From Chloropicon primus (taxonomy: Eukaryota): 64,000 bases of DNA. Within the stretch, counting starts at the first letter, position 1. Every line of letters starts with the position of its first letter. Under the pieces are notes generated by a model. The model searched no databases. It was given only the letters and a program-made list of their open reading frames with translations, and was not told the origin of the DNA. Made by a program: the position numbers and the translations under genes. The DNA lies in assembly GCA_023205875.1 (NCBI GenBank), contig CP060768.1, forward strand, positions 186,001-250,000, written 5' to 3'. Shown piece after piece: positions 36,694-47,810 of the stretch.

Positions 36694-38358
36694 ATGGATC
36701 GCCAAGTTGTCGGAGGGTCTTCTGAGGACCCCTGTGGGGGGATGATCTGCACGGAGAGCGTCGAGAGGGAGTTTGGAGAGAACTTTTATCAAGTGACCGT
36801 GAGTGCTCACAAGGGGGACACAGTGTCCGTGGAAGCGGAGCTCCTGGACTCGGGGGAGCGCTGGAGGGGGGACTTCTCCTCCAAGTACATCGAGGACATC
36901 ACAACCAAGACTGGAAACTTCAAGAAGTACTCGGTGTTTGTCAAGATGCTCTTCAGCAGCTTGAACGAGAACTCCTCGAGCGTGTTCCTGGACTTGCTGA
37001 CGTATGAGGACTTGGAGTCCCTCAAGTCGCGTGCTGGGGCCACGAGCAGAACGGACAGAGCGTCGACGGGGAACAGGCGGTACATCATACTCACGTACGC
37101 GGCCGAGTTCGACCGGGTGCACTACCCTCTTCCCCTTCTGTACGAGGACCCGGACCCAGACCTCATGAGGGAAACCATTCTCAAGCTGAGGCAAGAGATC
37201 CAGGGCTTGAGGGCGCGTTCGCTCTCCTCGTCATCGACCTTTAGCCTCAAGGCGGAGAACAGACACCTGAGGGAGGAGAACGGGAACCTCAAGGCTCAGA
37301 TGCAACGAGCGATCCGCAGCGAGAAGAGCGACAGTTACGACGAGTTGTCGACCCAGCTCAAGCTGGTTAAGAGGGAGAGAAACATTCTGCAAACCAGGCT
37401 CGAAGCCTTGGAGGACGACCTGGAGAGGATCCGATCCTCGCACCGCAAAGTATTGAAGAAGAAGGACAAGGAGCACGCCGTGTTGGCGGACGAGAATGCA
37501 AAGTGCAGGGCATCCAACAGGGACCTGAGGTCGAGGAACAGGGCCCTGGAGTCAGAGCTGGACGTCCTGCGCAGCAAGAGGCACAGGGTGAGGAGCGCAA
37601 GCCCGAGAGCTGCGCCGACACACCCCTCCTCCGCTGCCCCCAAGCCAAGGCCAAGCTACGCGAATCCAACGAGAAGCAGCAGCAGGAGTGCCAGGACCAG
37701 CAGGGAGCCCAGCCCTTACTCGAGGACCAGCAGGGAAGCCAGCCCTTACTCGAGGACCACCTCGTCACAATCGAACCGCCCCCCATCCGGGGCGTCCTCG
37801 AGGAATTCGTCTGTCGAGAGGGGCAGGAGCAAAACACCAAGAAAGAGATTTGATCCCACTGCGTACGTGTTGGAGCAGAGAGCCAAGCTTGAGGCCAGGA
37901 GAAACAGGTCCCGGATGTCAACTCCAACCAACTCTCGACCTTCCTCTCGCAACAACTCAAGGCCCACGTCGCGGGCGTCCTCGGGCAGGTCAACGCCAAC
38001 ACACCAGTCGGGGTCCAAGGCAAAGCCTTCCCCTCAAGCCCGGCCAGCGAACAGGAGGAGCGCCAGGCAGCGCTTGCCTCTGAGCAATGAGAGCTCCTAC
38101 GTGAGCTCAAGAAGAACGGCGAGAGAGAGCTCACCAGGACGAGTTCTCCACGATGTGCAAACAAAGCTCGATGAATACGTGAATAAGCAGAGAGGGAAGG
38201 AGGAGATGAGGAACAGTAAAGGGAGCGCCCCGCCATCTCCTGGCAAGAAAATAATGAATGATGCCTCCCAGGAGATCGAGGACATCGACACAAGGTTGCA
38301 GGCTCTGCAGCACTTCCTGTCCAATGTCAGAGTGGATGGCAGGCCTCCTAGTACGTAA
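36694..38358 (+). CDS. CCDC61: CCDC61/VFL3 (SAS-6-like head, centriole/basal-body protein)
   Basis: WRGDFSSKYIEDITTKTGNFKKYSVFVKML, LDLLTYEDLE, RYIILTYAAEFDRVHYPLPL, RFDPTAYV and a C-terminal IDTRLQALQHFL. Confidence 0.92.
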   Translation: MDRQVVGGSSEDPCGGMICTESVEREFGENFYQVTVSAHKGDTVSVEAELLDSGERWRGDFSSKYIEDITTKTGNFKKYSVFVKMLFSSLNENSSSVFLDLLTYEDLESLKSRAGATSRTDRASTGNRRYIILTYAAEFDRVHYPLPLLYEDPDPDLMRETILKLRQEIQGLRARSLSSSSTFSLKAENRHLREENGNLKAQMQRAIRSEKSDSYDELSTQLKLVKRERNILQTRLEALEDDLERIRSSHRKVLKKKDKEHAVLADENAKCRASNRDLRSRNRALESELDVLRSKRHRVRSASPRAAPTHPSSAAPKPRPSYANPTRSSSRSARTSREPSPYSRTSREASPYSRTTSSQSNRPPSGASSRNSSVERGRSKTPRKRFDPTAYVLEQRAKLEARRNRSRMSTPTNSRPSSRNNSRPTSRASSGRSTPTHQSGSKAKPSPQARPANRRSARQRLPLSNESSYVSSRRTARESSPGRVLHDVQTKLDEYVNKQRGKEEMRNSKGSAPPSPGKKIMNDASQEIEDIDTRLQALQHFLSNVRVDGRPPST

Positions 38359-38463
38359 TCAACGAAACGGTTTTTCCGGATTATTTCCTTCCAATCTTCG
38401 TAAAATTGTCATTATCGTTATCTTTTAATCCCAAAGCCCATGATGATGATGAACAAAAATCAG

Positions 38464-41400
38464 TTATTCCTTCTTTTTGACAACCTTCTTTTTGACAATC
38501 TTCTTCCTGGCCGTCTTTCCCGCCTTTGTGGCTGCCGTGGCCGACTTCTTTGCCTGCTTCAATGCTTCCTTGGACACCACGGCAGTTTTCTTCTTTCCTC
38601 CTTTCCACGAGATTGGTTTTGGCTTGGAGGTAGAGGCGGCCTTGGGCTCCTCATCGGCATCGTCGTCTCCTTCTGCCTCAGCTTCAGTTTCTGCTTCGGT
38701 GTGCTCTTCACCTTCGACTGCTTCTTCGCCTTCATCCGCTTGGTCCATCTCTGTAGCCTCTGCAGCATCACCCTCTTCCTCTGGTTTCTCCTCCTCTGCA
38801 CCCTCGTCTTCGGCTTGAGGGTCCTCTTCCGCCTCGAGCTTTTTTGGAGTGAACGGTGCCGCAAGGGGATTCAGACTAGCATCCTCCATGGCAGAGTCTG
38901 CTTCATGCTCTTCCTTGACCTCCTGTGGTCCTGGATCTTCCTCCTTGGCCTCTTCTTTTACTTCCTCCTCCTCCTCCTCCTTGGCCTCGACTTCGACCCC
39001 GGCATCAGCAGGCGCTTCGGCAGCTTCCGCCTCGACGGCATCGGCCTTGTCGGTATCGACCGCAGCAGAATCGGCGGCAGCAGGCGGAGGCACCTGCGCA
39101 GCAGCCTCTTCAGGGACTTCAGGCTCTGCCTGAACAGTCTCTACTTCTGGCTTCTTGACCTTCTTGGCGGCCGCTTCTGGCTTCAGCGGAGATTCCCTAT
39201 CTCTCTTCTTCGCCGCCTTTTTGGCTTTAGGACTCTTCGCCGGTTTCGCGCCACCATCTCCCTCCGATGATGCGGCTGCATTTGAGGCTGTTCCCTTGTG
39301 TTCCGTGGCATCCTGCTTGGCTTGGAGCTTCTTTTCCAGCGACTTAACCTTTTGCTGCAGAGTAACCCTGCTCTGCTTCGAATTCTTCAATTTTTCCAGC
39401 ACCTTCAGTTGCAACTCCTCCTTGGCGGTCTTTGCTTGCTGAACCTCGCTCTTCAACGCCTTTTCCCTTTCTTTGAAAGATTCCAGCTGCTCCCCAAATG
39501 ATGCCTGAGCGCTTTCAAGCTCCTCCATCTTTTTCTTGGTGGCGTCCCTTTCCTGAACCCACTGGGGAACTGACAACCTCGTCGGATTAAAGATGTTGAA
39601 GATCTGCTTCTTTGCTATGGCCTCCTGGTTCTTTGCTTTTTCTAGAGAGACCTTGATATCAGCGAGCTCCTTCTTGCTTTCTTCCTTTGCCGACTTCACT
39701 GCCTCCTTGATCTTGTCCTCGACACTTCCTTGGGCCTTTTCTGCTTCAGAGAGTGCTTTGACGACCCGCTGATATTCCCCGAGATCGACCTGCCCGTACT
39801 TGTCAAGCAGATTCTGAGTTCTCGTCTCCCATCTGGAGCTCTGGTCCTTGATGCTCTTGACCTCATCGTCCTTGGAGTCAAGAAGAGCTTGCAGCTGATT
39901 AACCTTCTCCTTCAAGGGCAGCATCGCAACATCAAGATCTGAAATCCGCTTATTCAGGTCCTTGACTTGAGCTTGAAGCTTCATGTTCTCATCGCGCAGC
40001 CCAGAGTTGCTCTCTCTCAGCAAGTTCAGGGACTCGACATCTCTCAGAACCTTCTCGTGGTCCTTATCATTCATGCTCTCCTTCCTTGATGCCTCGAGCC
40101 TTTGTTCAGCAGCGTCGGCCTTTTGCAGAGCATATTCCACTTGCGTCCTCAAGCGCACATTCTCCTGTTGCACCAGGGAAAGCTGACAATCCGTTGTTTC
40201 TTTCTCTTTCCTCAGGTATTGAACCACCTCCTGGATTTCAGCGTTGCCCTTCTCCCCAGTAAACTGCACCACGCCCTCCGCGCTAGTCTTTAGTGTAGCG
40301 CTCTCAAGCTGCTCATGCAAAATGTGGTTCTGCCTCTTCAGCTCTTCCACGTTGGCGTGCAAAGAGGCCTTCTCAGATTGCAGCTTGGCATTGCCCAAAT
40401 GGGTATCGTCCCTCGCAGATTTCAATTCCTTGACTTCATTCTTGGCCTTCTCAAGATCTTCTTCTATGGACCCCAGCCGCTTCACGTCAGCCGCATGAGC
40501 AATGAGCTCATTGTCGTACATGGTTTTGGCCGTGCGCCACTGCTGGTGATAGTCCTTAATGTCGTTCTCCAGCGTTGACACTTTTTCACCATTGAGTTCG
40601 ATTTGCTTCTTCAAGGTCGCGCTCTCCTCCTTGAGCTTGGAATTCTCGCTGATGAGGGCCTCTTCCTGCGCCAGCCTTTTCTTCTCCTCCTCGGCGTCTA
40701 CTCCTCTCTTCTGCGACACTTCCTCTTCCGCTTCTGCAAGCTTGGTCTTCATGCCATCCAACTCCTTCTGGGCAGCCTCAGCTGCAACTGCAGATTCCTG
40801 CTTGTAGCCATGATGAGCTTCTTTCATGGCCTTCAATGCCTCGTCACTGGCTGTGCACATGGCCTTGTACTGAGCGAGGTGGCCAGCTGCTGCGGCGGCT
40901 GCCTCTTGAGCTTCGTTGGCATCATTTTGTGCAACCTTCAACTGGGCCTTCAGCTTTGCAATGACATCTGATTCACTGCCAGTCGTAGCCGTAGCGTTCT
41001 GGCTTGCCTCTTGAGCCATCGTAGTGCTGCGCATGACTGCGAGGGCAGCTTTTTCCTCCGCCTTCTTCAGGCTTGCTTGCAAGCTCTCAACGTTAGACGT
41101 CGCAGATGCCAATTCCCTCTGCAGCTCATCCTTGTCTTTAGTGGCGCCCTTAAGCTCTACCTCAAGAGTCGCAATCCTTGCTGCCGTGTCTGCTGCCAGA
41201 TTCGTGGAGGCGCTCAAGGCGTCTCTACTCCTGCTGCTCTCCTCCAACAACTGCTTCTGCGCTCCCGCCCAGCTCTCTCGCATCCTTTGGTTCTCGGCAA
41301 GAATTCTCTCTCTTTCCTTGATCCAATTCTTCTCCTGCTCGCCATATCTCTGTATCAGAGACTCCAGCGACGCTTGCTGGCGGTGCTTCTCAGCCACAGC

Positions 41401-43740
41401 GGTGTTGACTTCCTCAGAGAGTCTGTTCTCTGACTTTGCAAGGAGCTCCTTCTCCGCCTGCAGGGAAACGTTTCTCTCCGTTTCTCTTCTGAGGTCGTCC
41501 CTACTTACATCGAGGTCGAAGCTGATATCCTTGAGCCTCTGCTCGTACTGTGTGATCTTCTGGATGAGGTTCGCATTCTTCTGTACGAGTCCTTCGATCT
41601 CCTTGCCCTGAGATGCACAGATTTCGTTCAAGCGAGTCAAGCGTTCTCTTTCAAACTCCATCTGCGCTTGAAGCTGGGTCTTCTCCCCGCGAGCAACACC
41701 GGCCTCTTCTCTGAACTTGTAAACCTCGTCTCTGAGCATCTGCAAGTTCTTTGCATTCTCAGCCTTGTACTTCTCATAGTCCTTTTGGAGCTCCAAGTAC
41801 ATCTTCTTGTGATCTTCGACGGACACAGAAAGATCTCCTGCAGAACCTCCCAGTGCACCAGATGCATCACCGCTCTCCTTTTCCATAAGGAGGGACTTGT
41901 ACAAGTCTCTCTGTCGCAGAATCTGCTGCATGAGCTTCTCTTGCTGCTCCCTTTGCGAGCTCAGCTTGTCTACTTGAGACTTGACGTCCTGCATCTGCTT
42001 CGTGTGCTCTTCCTCCAGGTTCTTCCTGACATCTGACACCTTCTGCTCGTTGTCATCGCCAAGCTGCCTCGCCACTGCAAGAAGGCGCTTGTTCTGCTCC
42101 TGAAGCTCCTTGATGCTCTTGAACTCCACCAAGTGATCCGTAATGACATCAGAGGCCCCGACAACACCGTTCGCAGACGATGTTGTCTGGGACGCCCCTC
42201 CCATGAGCGCCCGCCCAGATTTCATGTCCTCGACCTCCTTGAGAAGGACCTGAACCTGGCGGGAGAGGTCCTCCGCCTGCTGCTCTATGGCCTTCTTCTC
42301 GCGCGCGGCACGCTGCACGTCAGACCTTGCTTTGGACATCGTGGACTCCAAGGTAGCTCTCTCATTGATGGCATCCTCGAGCCTCTTCGCCAGAGCGTCG
42401 TGGGAATTCATGAGCCTCTCGTACTCTGCTTTTTGCTCATTGATCAGAGGCGCCTTCCTCTCCAGCTCCTCCAGAATGGTGTCCAAGTAACCCTGGATTT
42501 TCTTCTTGTCGTTCCTCTCCTGTCTCCAGGCGTCTGACATCTCAACGTATTTGCCGTACATGTCTGTCAAAGACATTCCTTCCTTCATCATCGTAGCGGC
42601 GGCAGCAGCGGGAGACATCTCCAAAACTTGGATGGCAGTGTCGCCCACCTTCCTCAGCTGCTCCCTCGAACTAGTCGTCGCCGGGGTCTCCATGGCGGCC
42701 TCCAGGGACGCCCTTGGGGATACCACACCCTGAGAGGCGGCCCGCATGGCACCATCCAGCGCAGACTTGTACTTGGCCGCCTTGTCCTCGGCCTCCTTGG
42801 CCTTGTCCTCGGCCTCCTTGACCTTCTCATCGCTCGCCTTTGCAGAGTTCTTCATGTGGACCTGCAGCTCCTCGATAATGCCCTCGAGTTCCTTGATCTT
42901 GCCGGTCCCCTTGTCCGCTGTATCCTGGTACAGGCTGATCAGCCGCTTCGCAGTTCCGATCTCCTTCTCGAAGAGCGCCTCCTGGGACGACATCTTCTGC
43001 TTCAGTTGCAGGCACTGCTCCTCCTTGGCCACCAGCTTGCTTCTCTCCTCGTCCAGCTGCTTCTGAACGGAGGTGAAGCCCCTCGTCTTCTCTTCGAGAA
43101 GGCCCTCCACTTCCACGACCTTGGTCTTCAGATTCACGATCTCATCGCTCGCCTTCTTCCTGTCCTCAAGCAGGACGGTTGACTTGGAACTCAACTCCTC
43201 GTTCAGCCACTCGTTGTGCTGCTTCAGAAGGGTGTTCTCCTGCGTCAGCCTCGCTTGCATGGCCTCGAACCGGTTCTGGTCCTGCTGAGACTCGCGATAC
43301 TTGGACTCCACTTCGCTCTTGTCATTCGTCAACGTCACGACTTTGTCCAGATACGTCTTGATCGTCTCGTTCTTCTCCACGATCTCTCCCTTTCTTTGAT
43401 CCAAAAGTTGCAAAATGTTTTGCTTGTCGGAGTGAAGTTCACGGACCTCCGTCTTCTTTCTCTCCACCTCCTTCTCGAGCTCGATCATACGAACGTCGCG
43501 CGCGCCGCTCTCCTTCTTCTGCCTCGCCGCTTCCTCGCGCAAGCTCGCGCACTCCGCTTGAGCCGTTTCCCTCTGCGCGCAGGCTGCACCATACTCGTCC
43601 GCGAGTTTCGAGTACCTCTCCTCTATCGCCAGGCTCGCCTGCTCCGCGTTGATCCTCTCGGACTCCAGCTGCGCTCGGAGCTCGCGGTTCTCATGCTCTA
43701 GCGCGCTTATGCGCTCCGTGGGACTCACTGCCGCAGCCAT
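38464..43740 (-). CDS. TPR: Nuclear basket nucleoporin TPR/Mlp1/NUA
   Basis: 1758-aa coiled coil with QHNEWLNEEL, MSLTDMY, ILEELERKAP, LSRQVQVLL, LVEFKSIKELQEQN, YDNELIAHA, VQYLRKEKE and LNLLRESNSGLR, ending in an acidic tail. Confidence 0.9.
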   Translation of the reverse strand: MAAAVSPTERISALEHENRELRAQLESERINAEQASLAIEERYSKLADEYGAACAQRETAQAECASLREEAARQKKESGARDVRMIELEKEVERKKTEVRELHSDKQNILQLLDQRKGEIVEKNETIKTYLDKVVTLTNDKSEVESKYRESQQDQNRFEAMQARLTQENTLLKQHNEWLNEELSSKSTVLLEDRKKASDEIVNLKTKVVEVEGLLEEKTRGFTSVQKQLDEERSKLVAKEEQCLQLKQKMSSQEALFEKEIGTAKRLISLYQDTADKGTGKIKELEGIIEELQVHMKNSAKASDEKVKEAEDKAKEAEDKAAKYKSALDGAMRAASQGVVSPRASLEAAMETPATTSSREQLRKVGDTAIQVLEMSPAAAAATMMKEGMSLTDMYGKYVEMSDAWRQERNDKKKIQGYLDTILEELERKAPLINEQKAEYERLMNSHDALAKRLEDAINERATLESTMSKARSDVQRAAREKKAIEQQAEDLSRQVQVLLKEVEDMKSGRALMGGASQTTSSANGVVGASDVITDHLVEFKSIKELQEQNKRLLAVARQLGDDNEQKVSDVRKNLEEEHTKQMQDVKSQVDKLSSQREQQEKLMQQILRQRDLYKSLLMEKESGDASGALGGSAGDLSVSVEDHKKMYLELQKDYEKYKAENAKNLQMLRDEVYKFREEAGVARGEKTQLQAQMEFERERLTRLNEICASQGKEIEGLVQKNANLIQKITQYEQRLKDISFDLDVSRDDLRRETERNVSLQAEKELLAKSENRLSEEVNTAVAEKHRQQASLESLIQRYGEQEKNWIKERERILAENQRMRESWAGAQKQLLEESSRSRDALSASTNLAADTAARIATLEVELKGATKDKDELQRELASATSNVESLQASLKKAEEKAALAVMRSTTMAQEASQNATATTGSESDVIAKLKAQLKVAQNDANEAQEAAAAAAGHLAQYKAMCTASDEALKAMKEAHHGYKQESAVAAEAAQKELDGMKTKLAEAEEEVSQKRGVDAEEEKKRLAQEEALISENSKLKEESATLKKQIELNGEKVSTLENDIKDYHQQWRTAKTMYDNELIAHAADVKRLGSIEEDLEKAKNEVKELKSARDDTHLGNAKLQSEKASLHANVEELKRQNHILHEQLESATLKTSAEGVVQFTGEKGNAEIQEVVQYLRKEKETTDCQLSLVQQENVRLRTQVEYALQKADAAEQRLEASRKESMNDKDHEKVLRDVESLNLLRESNSGLRDENMKLQAQVKDLNKRISDLDVAMLPLKEKVNQLQALLDSKDDEVKSIKDQSSRWETRTQNLLDKYGQVDLGEYQRVVKALSEAEKAQGSVEDKIKEAVKSAKEESKKELADIKVSLEKAKNQEAIAKKQIFNIFNPTRLSVPQWVQERDATKKKMEELESAQASFGEQLESFKEREKALKSEVQQAKTAKEELQLKVLEKLKNSKQSRVTLQQKVKSLEKKLQAKQDATEHKGTASNAAASSEGDGGAKPAKSPKAKKAAKKRDRESPLKPEAAAKKVKKPEVETVQAEPEVPEEAAAQVPPPAAADSAAVDTDKADAVEAEAAEAPADAGVEVEAKEEEEEEVKEEAKEEDPGPQEVKEEHEADSAMEDASLNPLAAPFTPKKLEAEEDPQAEDEGAEEEKPEEEGDAAEATEMDQADEGEEAVEGEEHTEAETEAEAEGDDDADEEPKAASTSKPKPISWKGGKKKTAVVSKEALKQAKKSATAATKAGKTARKKIVKKKVVKKKE

Positions 43741-43900
43741 GGCGACGGCGCTCTTCCTAAACCTTCCTCTTTCTCTCTCTCTCCCTCTCTCTCCTGGAGG
43801 CGGTTGGCGGGAATTCGATTTTCAACAGACCTGGACCTTGGATGATGGAGGAGGATGCATTGAGGGAGGGAAGGAGCAAGGGAGGGAAGCGGTTCACTTG

Positions 43901-43932
<32 letters not shown>

Positions 43933-44189
43933 AAACAAACAAACAAACATTCTCTCTCTCTCTCTCTCTTTCTTACTGGGAATTTGACACCAGCACCCCA
44001 AGCAAACCTGGACCTTGGAGGATAGGTGATGATGATGGTGGTGGTGACGAGGGAGGGAGGGTGACAGGTGGAGGAAATCTCGTCTCTTCCTCGCTCGTTT
44101 TCGATCTACTCACTTGTTGAGGATGGCCCACTCGTAAGGGGTTTGCCAGAAGTTGATGATGGTTGATGATGGCAAAGGTACAGGTAGTA

Positions 44190-47100
44190 TTACAGGACAA
44201 GATACTTGTGAAGCTTCTCTGGGAAGGCTTTTCTGGCGGTGGTCTCCACGACCAAGCTCAGGATCCACGTGCCGAGGCCTCCGGCGGCGATGGCAAATTG
44301 CATCTCCTTGGGAAGGGAAACCACTTCAAAGGTCGAGTTCAGATCCTCCGCGGCGTCGGCGATGAGAAGACCCGTGAGACCGGTGCAAAGTAGGAGGCCC
44401 CAAATCAAAGCCTTGTTCCTCCAGATGCTGACGTTGAAGGGCTCGCCCACGTAGTTCACCGCAAAGGTCACAAGCTGAATGATGAAGTTGACCATGAAGG
44501 CAACCGTGTTCACCAAGTTAGGCTTGAAGGCATTGGCGTCTTCCTCCTCCCCCGGAGTGATGCTGCTGGACGGATCGATGTCGGTGGAATTCCCAGCCTT
44601 ATCACCCGTCTCCACGACCGTGGGGACGCCCTCGCCAGCCCCAACCTCGGAGCCATCTTCGAACGTCAGCGCAAACCTGTAGCAACCGTACAGGTAAAGG
44701 AAGTGTACGCAGAACTGGCCCACCATGGAGACGAGGAAGTACTTGCAGAAAACTTTCGAGTGAGGCCTTGTTGAGCTCAGCTTTTCGTGCGCAGTGGTGT
44801 TGCTAAGGAACATGAAGAGCAGGGCTATGATGACGCCCGAGATGGTTGCTTGAGTGTCCCCCATTTTCACCCCGTTGAGGTACATCACGCTCATGGAGTA
44901 CGCAGAAGAGAGGCAGTTGATTCCGAGAATCTTGAACATCTGGACATAAGTCACGAGGGTGCTCCTTCCCTGCTTCACAATGTCCACGCAGGGGGTCACC
45001 GTGCTGAATCTAGAGGTGAAGGGGCTCGCAATGGAGGCGTCCCCCAAGGACACCACGGGCAAGCCTTCGTCTTCCTCTTCATCGATCCACTCCTTGATTG
45101 TCTTCTTTTTTGGTTTCGTGAACTTGATGGGCTTTGAGTTCAGCAACGCAATGCCCACGTGAGCCGACTTCAGTGCCCCGACGTCATTGGTTCCATCCCC
45201 GCACATCAACACGGTGTGGCCCACGTCCTTCAACGTCTTCACGATGATTTCCTTGTCGTCCGGAGATGTCCTGGCAAAGACGGAGCAGAAGGGCAAGACG
45301 GAGCGAAGGCTTTCCTCCCCGATCTTGGACAAGAACGTCACGGCCTTTCCGGGGACGCACAACGAGTAGTCCCTCGACAACTCCATCACTGAATCCATGG
45401 AGAAAGAAATGTCTGTGCTCCCGTCGTGCGAAGCCCATTCGAACGCAGACTCGAACGCTTTGGGGGTCGCACTCCCCGCCGCGACCACTGGCTTCGCCTC
45501 GCTTGTGGTGTCCTGGAGAATCAGCGGAGGTTTGTCTGTAATGTGAACCTCCTGGGCAACGTGACACGCGGTGAGCATGGCGTCCCCCGTGATCATCACC
45601 AGTCGATGAGAGGACTCCTTCAAGGCCAGAAGTGTCTCGCTGGAAGATGGCTTGAGAGGGCACGAGAAAACGGCAAATCCACAAAAATCCAGCTCACGCT
45701 CAGCTTGAGCCCTCGGAATCGCTCTCACGACGCTCGAATCTGACACGCCGCTCAGCCTCCTGATGCCCAAAGCGATCACTCTCAAGCCCCTCCTTGCATA
45801 GTTCATGTACACTTCATTGTAGCAGGCTGGGACCTTTGCAAAGCACGGCTTCAGCGATTCGGGGGCGCCCTTTGTGAGCACCAGGTACTCGTTTTTCGGT
45901 CCGACCTCTCCATCCAGGGACAGGTTCATGGATTGCTTCTTCACGATTGTCGACATTCTCTTGAGAACCGGGTTGAAATGGTATCGTTTCTCGATTTTCA
46001 TCATAAATCTGTCCTTTCCCGTCATGGTGGTGTTGCTCTTCCTGGGCTTGGCGAAGTCTTTCGCGATGGTCCACGACAGCTTCTTGAATGCGGCCTTTTC
46101 CATGGGGTCCCCCCTCATCTTCCCGTCAACCGCCACGAGCGAGTGACAGCCGACGAGGACTTTGATGGCATCGTCATCCGGCCGGTTTGGAATCCCTGGT
46201 TCCAGACCACTCCCCAAGTCAAGGCCATCAGCTCCAGAGGGATCGCCCACGCCTTCGAAGACGAGCCTCGTGGAGGTCAACGTCCCGGTCTTGTCGAAGC
46301 AGCACGCGTCAACCTTCCCAGCAAAAGGAATCCTGAAAGGCTCGGTGCAGAAAATGTACTTCCTGAACAGAGAGAGCATCGATGTGTTCACGGCAAGCGA
46401 GAGCTCCATTGGAAGCTCTGGAGGGATGACGGAGGTGATGATCATCACACAATTCAGAGCAAGCTTGAAAAAGTCTCTTTTGTCCGGCTCCGTGAGGTAG
46501 ATCCCGTGGTACAGCACGTACGCCGAGGCCGCCACCGCGAACACGAGGAGAAAGAGGATGAAGAGCCCCGCCTCACTGCTGTTGGCAGACATCCTCTCAG
46601 TGCTGTGAAGTATTGTTCGCATCAGGTCCCCTTGGGTGGTACTGAACCCCGTGCGCAGGACCTCGCAAACAAGGCCGCCATCTGGACTTCCCTTCCCCCT
46701 GGAAAGGTGCGAGAGGTGGCTCGGCGTATCTTGCTCGTGCTGAATCAGAGTCGTCCCCCTAAAAAGCACGTGCTGCTTGTCCTTCTTCCAGCTGAACGTG
46801 TCCTTGGGGTTCCTGAACTTTATCGCAACCTTCCACTGAGGGATGCTCTCTCCCGTAAGAATCGATTCGTTCGTGATGCCTGTCCCCGCCAGCAGCAGGC
46901 AGTCCGCTGGCACAAAGGTCTCGTAAAACTTCGACTGGCTTGACATGGAGATGACATCTCCGGGTATCAGGTACTGCTCGTTGATTTGCACCCACTGGCC
47001 TTCCCTGAAGGTCCAGATCGTTTGCGGCTGGTGGCCCATCTGTTGCAGCGTGTCCAGGTTCCGTATCCTCTGTTTCACCACGGTGCATTCGAACATGATC

Positions 47101-47810
47101 AGCATCACGAGCGTGAAGAGAGAGTAGTACCAATACTCGTCGAGGCACCAAAGCCCGACGCAAAAGAGCTGGAAGACGAAGAAGGGGGCAAGCATGTGCT
47201 CCACGAGAAGCGGCATGAATTCAGGCTTCGAGAAGGTGAACTCGTTCGCACCCCACCTCTCCAACCCTTGGTCCACTTTCTTGTTCGTGGACGTCCCGGA
47301 GACCCTCAAATGCTCCGCAAACGGCGTCCCCTCGACCTGGTACGTCAGCCTCTCGAAAGACCGAGTCTCCCAATCGTACACGTACCGAGCGTTCCAAAAC
47401 TCGAAGGACACCTCAGGCCTCAGCTGCCCACTCTCCCCGCGAGAGGAAGCCTTCGGCGCTTTGCCTGGTCCCACAGGCCTCACATTGACCTCGCACTTGT
47501 ACTTCTTCCTCGCTTGCGTGTGCTGCGGGGCTACAACACAGCACTGGGCTTTCGATGGATCATCCTCTCGATCGAGTCGAGCCCAGCAATGAACACCAAC
47601 CAACCAAAACTCCAGAAGAAGAATGAGAACCCCCAAGACACATGTGGACCCTAGACCGTAGCCCGCGCCCACGAAGCCTCCAGTCTGCCACCCAATCGAG
47701 AGGAGGACTGGAAAGGCTGCCACGATCACGCCGACGTCCTTCCGCTTCCATGTCTCCCTCCTCGTGTACGTCCTCACGCTCACACTTCTATGCGAAGCTT
47801 CTCCCTCCAT
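44190..47810 (-). CDS. P5A-type ATPase (Spf1/ATP13A1/PDR2-like ER transmembrane-helix dislocase)
   Basis: PFFVFQLFCVGLWCLDEYWYYSLFTL, PPELPMEL (P5A signature), FDKTGTLT (phosphorylation site) and MCGDGTNDVGALK. Confidence 0.93.
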   Translation of the reverse strand: MEGEASHRSVSVRTYTRRETWKRKDVGVIVAAFPVLLSIGWQTGGFVGAGYGLGSTCVLGVLILLLEFWLVGVHCWARLDREDDPSKAQCCVVAPQHTQARKKYKCEVNVRPVGPGKAPKASSRGESGQLRPEVSFEFWNARYVYDWETRSFERLTYQVEGTPFAEHLRVSGTSTNKKVDQGLERWGANEFTFSKPEFMPLLVEHMLAPFFVFQLFCVGLWCLDEYWYYSLFTLVMLIMFECTVVKQRIRNLDTLQQMGHQPQTIWTFREGQWVQINEQYLIPGDVISMSSQSKFYETFVPADCLLLAGTGITNESILTGESIPQWKVAIKFRNPKDTFSWKKDKQHVLFRGTTLIQHEQDTPSHLSHLSRGKGSPDGGLVCEVLRTGFSTTQGDLMRTILHSTERMSANSSEAGLFILFLLVFAVAASAYVLYHGIYLTEPDKRDFFKLALNCVMIITSVIPPELPMELSLAVNTSMLSLFRKYIFCTEPFRIPFAGKVDACCFDKTGTLTSTRLVFEGVGDPSGADGLDLGSGLEPGIPNRPDDDAIKVLVGCHSLVAVDGKMRGDPMEKAAFKKLSWTIAKDFAKPRKSNTTMTGKDRFMMKIEKRYHFNPVLKRMSTIVKKQSMNLSLDGEVGPKNEYLVLTKGAPESLKPCFAKVPACYNEVYMNYARRGLRVIALGIRRLSGVSDSSVVRAIPRAQAERELDFCGFAVFSCPLKPSSSETLLALKESSHRLVMITGDAMLTACHVAQEVHITDKPPLILQDTTSEAKPVVAAGSATPKAFESAFEWASHDGSTDISFSMDSVMELSRDYSLCVPGKAVTFLSKIGEESLRSVLPFCSVFARTSPDDKEIIVKTLKDVGHTVLMCGDGTNDVGALKSAHVGIALLNSKPIKFTKPKKKTIKEWIDEEEDEGLPVVSLGDASIASPFTSRFSTVTPCVDIVKQGRSTLVTYVQMFKILGINCLSSAYSMSVMYLNGVKMGDTQATISGVIIALLFMFLSNTTAHEKLSSTRPHSKVFCKYFLVSMVGQFCVHFLYLYGCYRFALTFEDGSEVGAGEGVPTVVETGDKAGNSTDIDPSSSITPGEEEDANAFKPNLVNTVAFMVNFIIQLVTFAVNYVGEPFNVSIWRNKALIWGLLLCTGLTGLLIADAAEDLNSTFEVVSLPKEMQFAIAAGGLGTWILSLVVETTARKAFPEKLHKYLVL

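Noticed and set aside
43808..44020. Short direct repeat ACCTGGACCTTGGA (two copies) around a CA/CT microsatellite upstream of TPR
   Set aside because: Only ~14 bp are shared, with no terminal inverted repeats or coding capacity. This is insufficient to call a mobile element.
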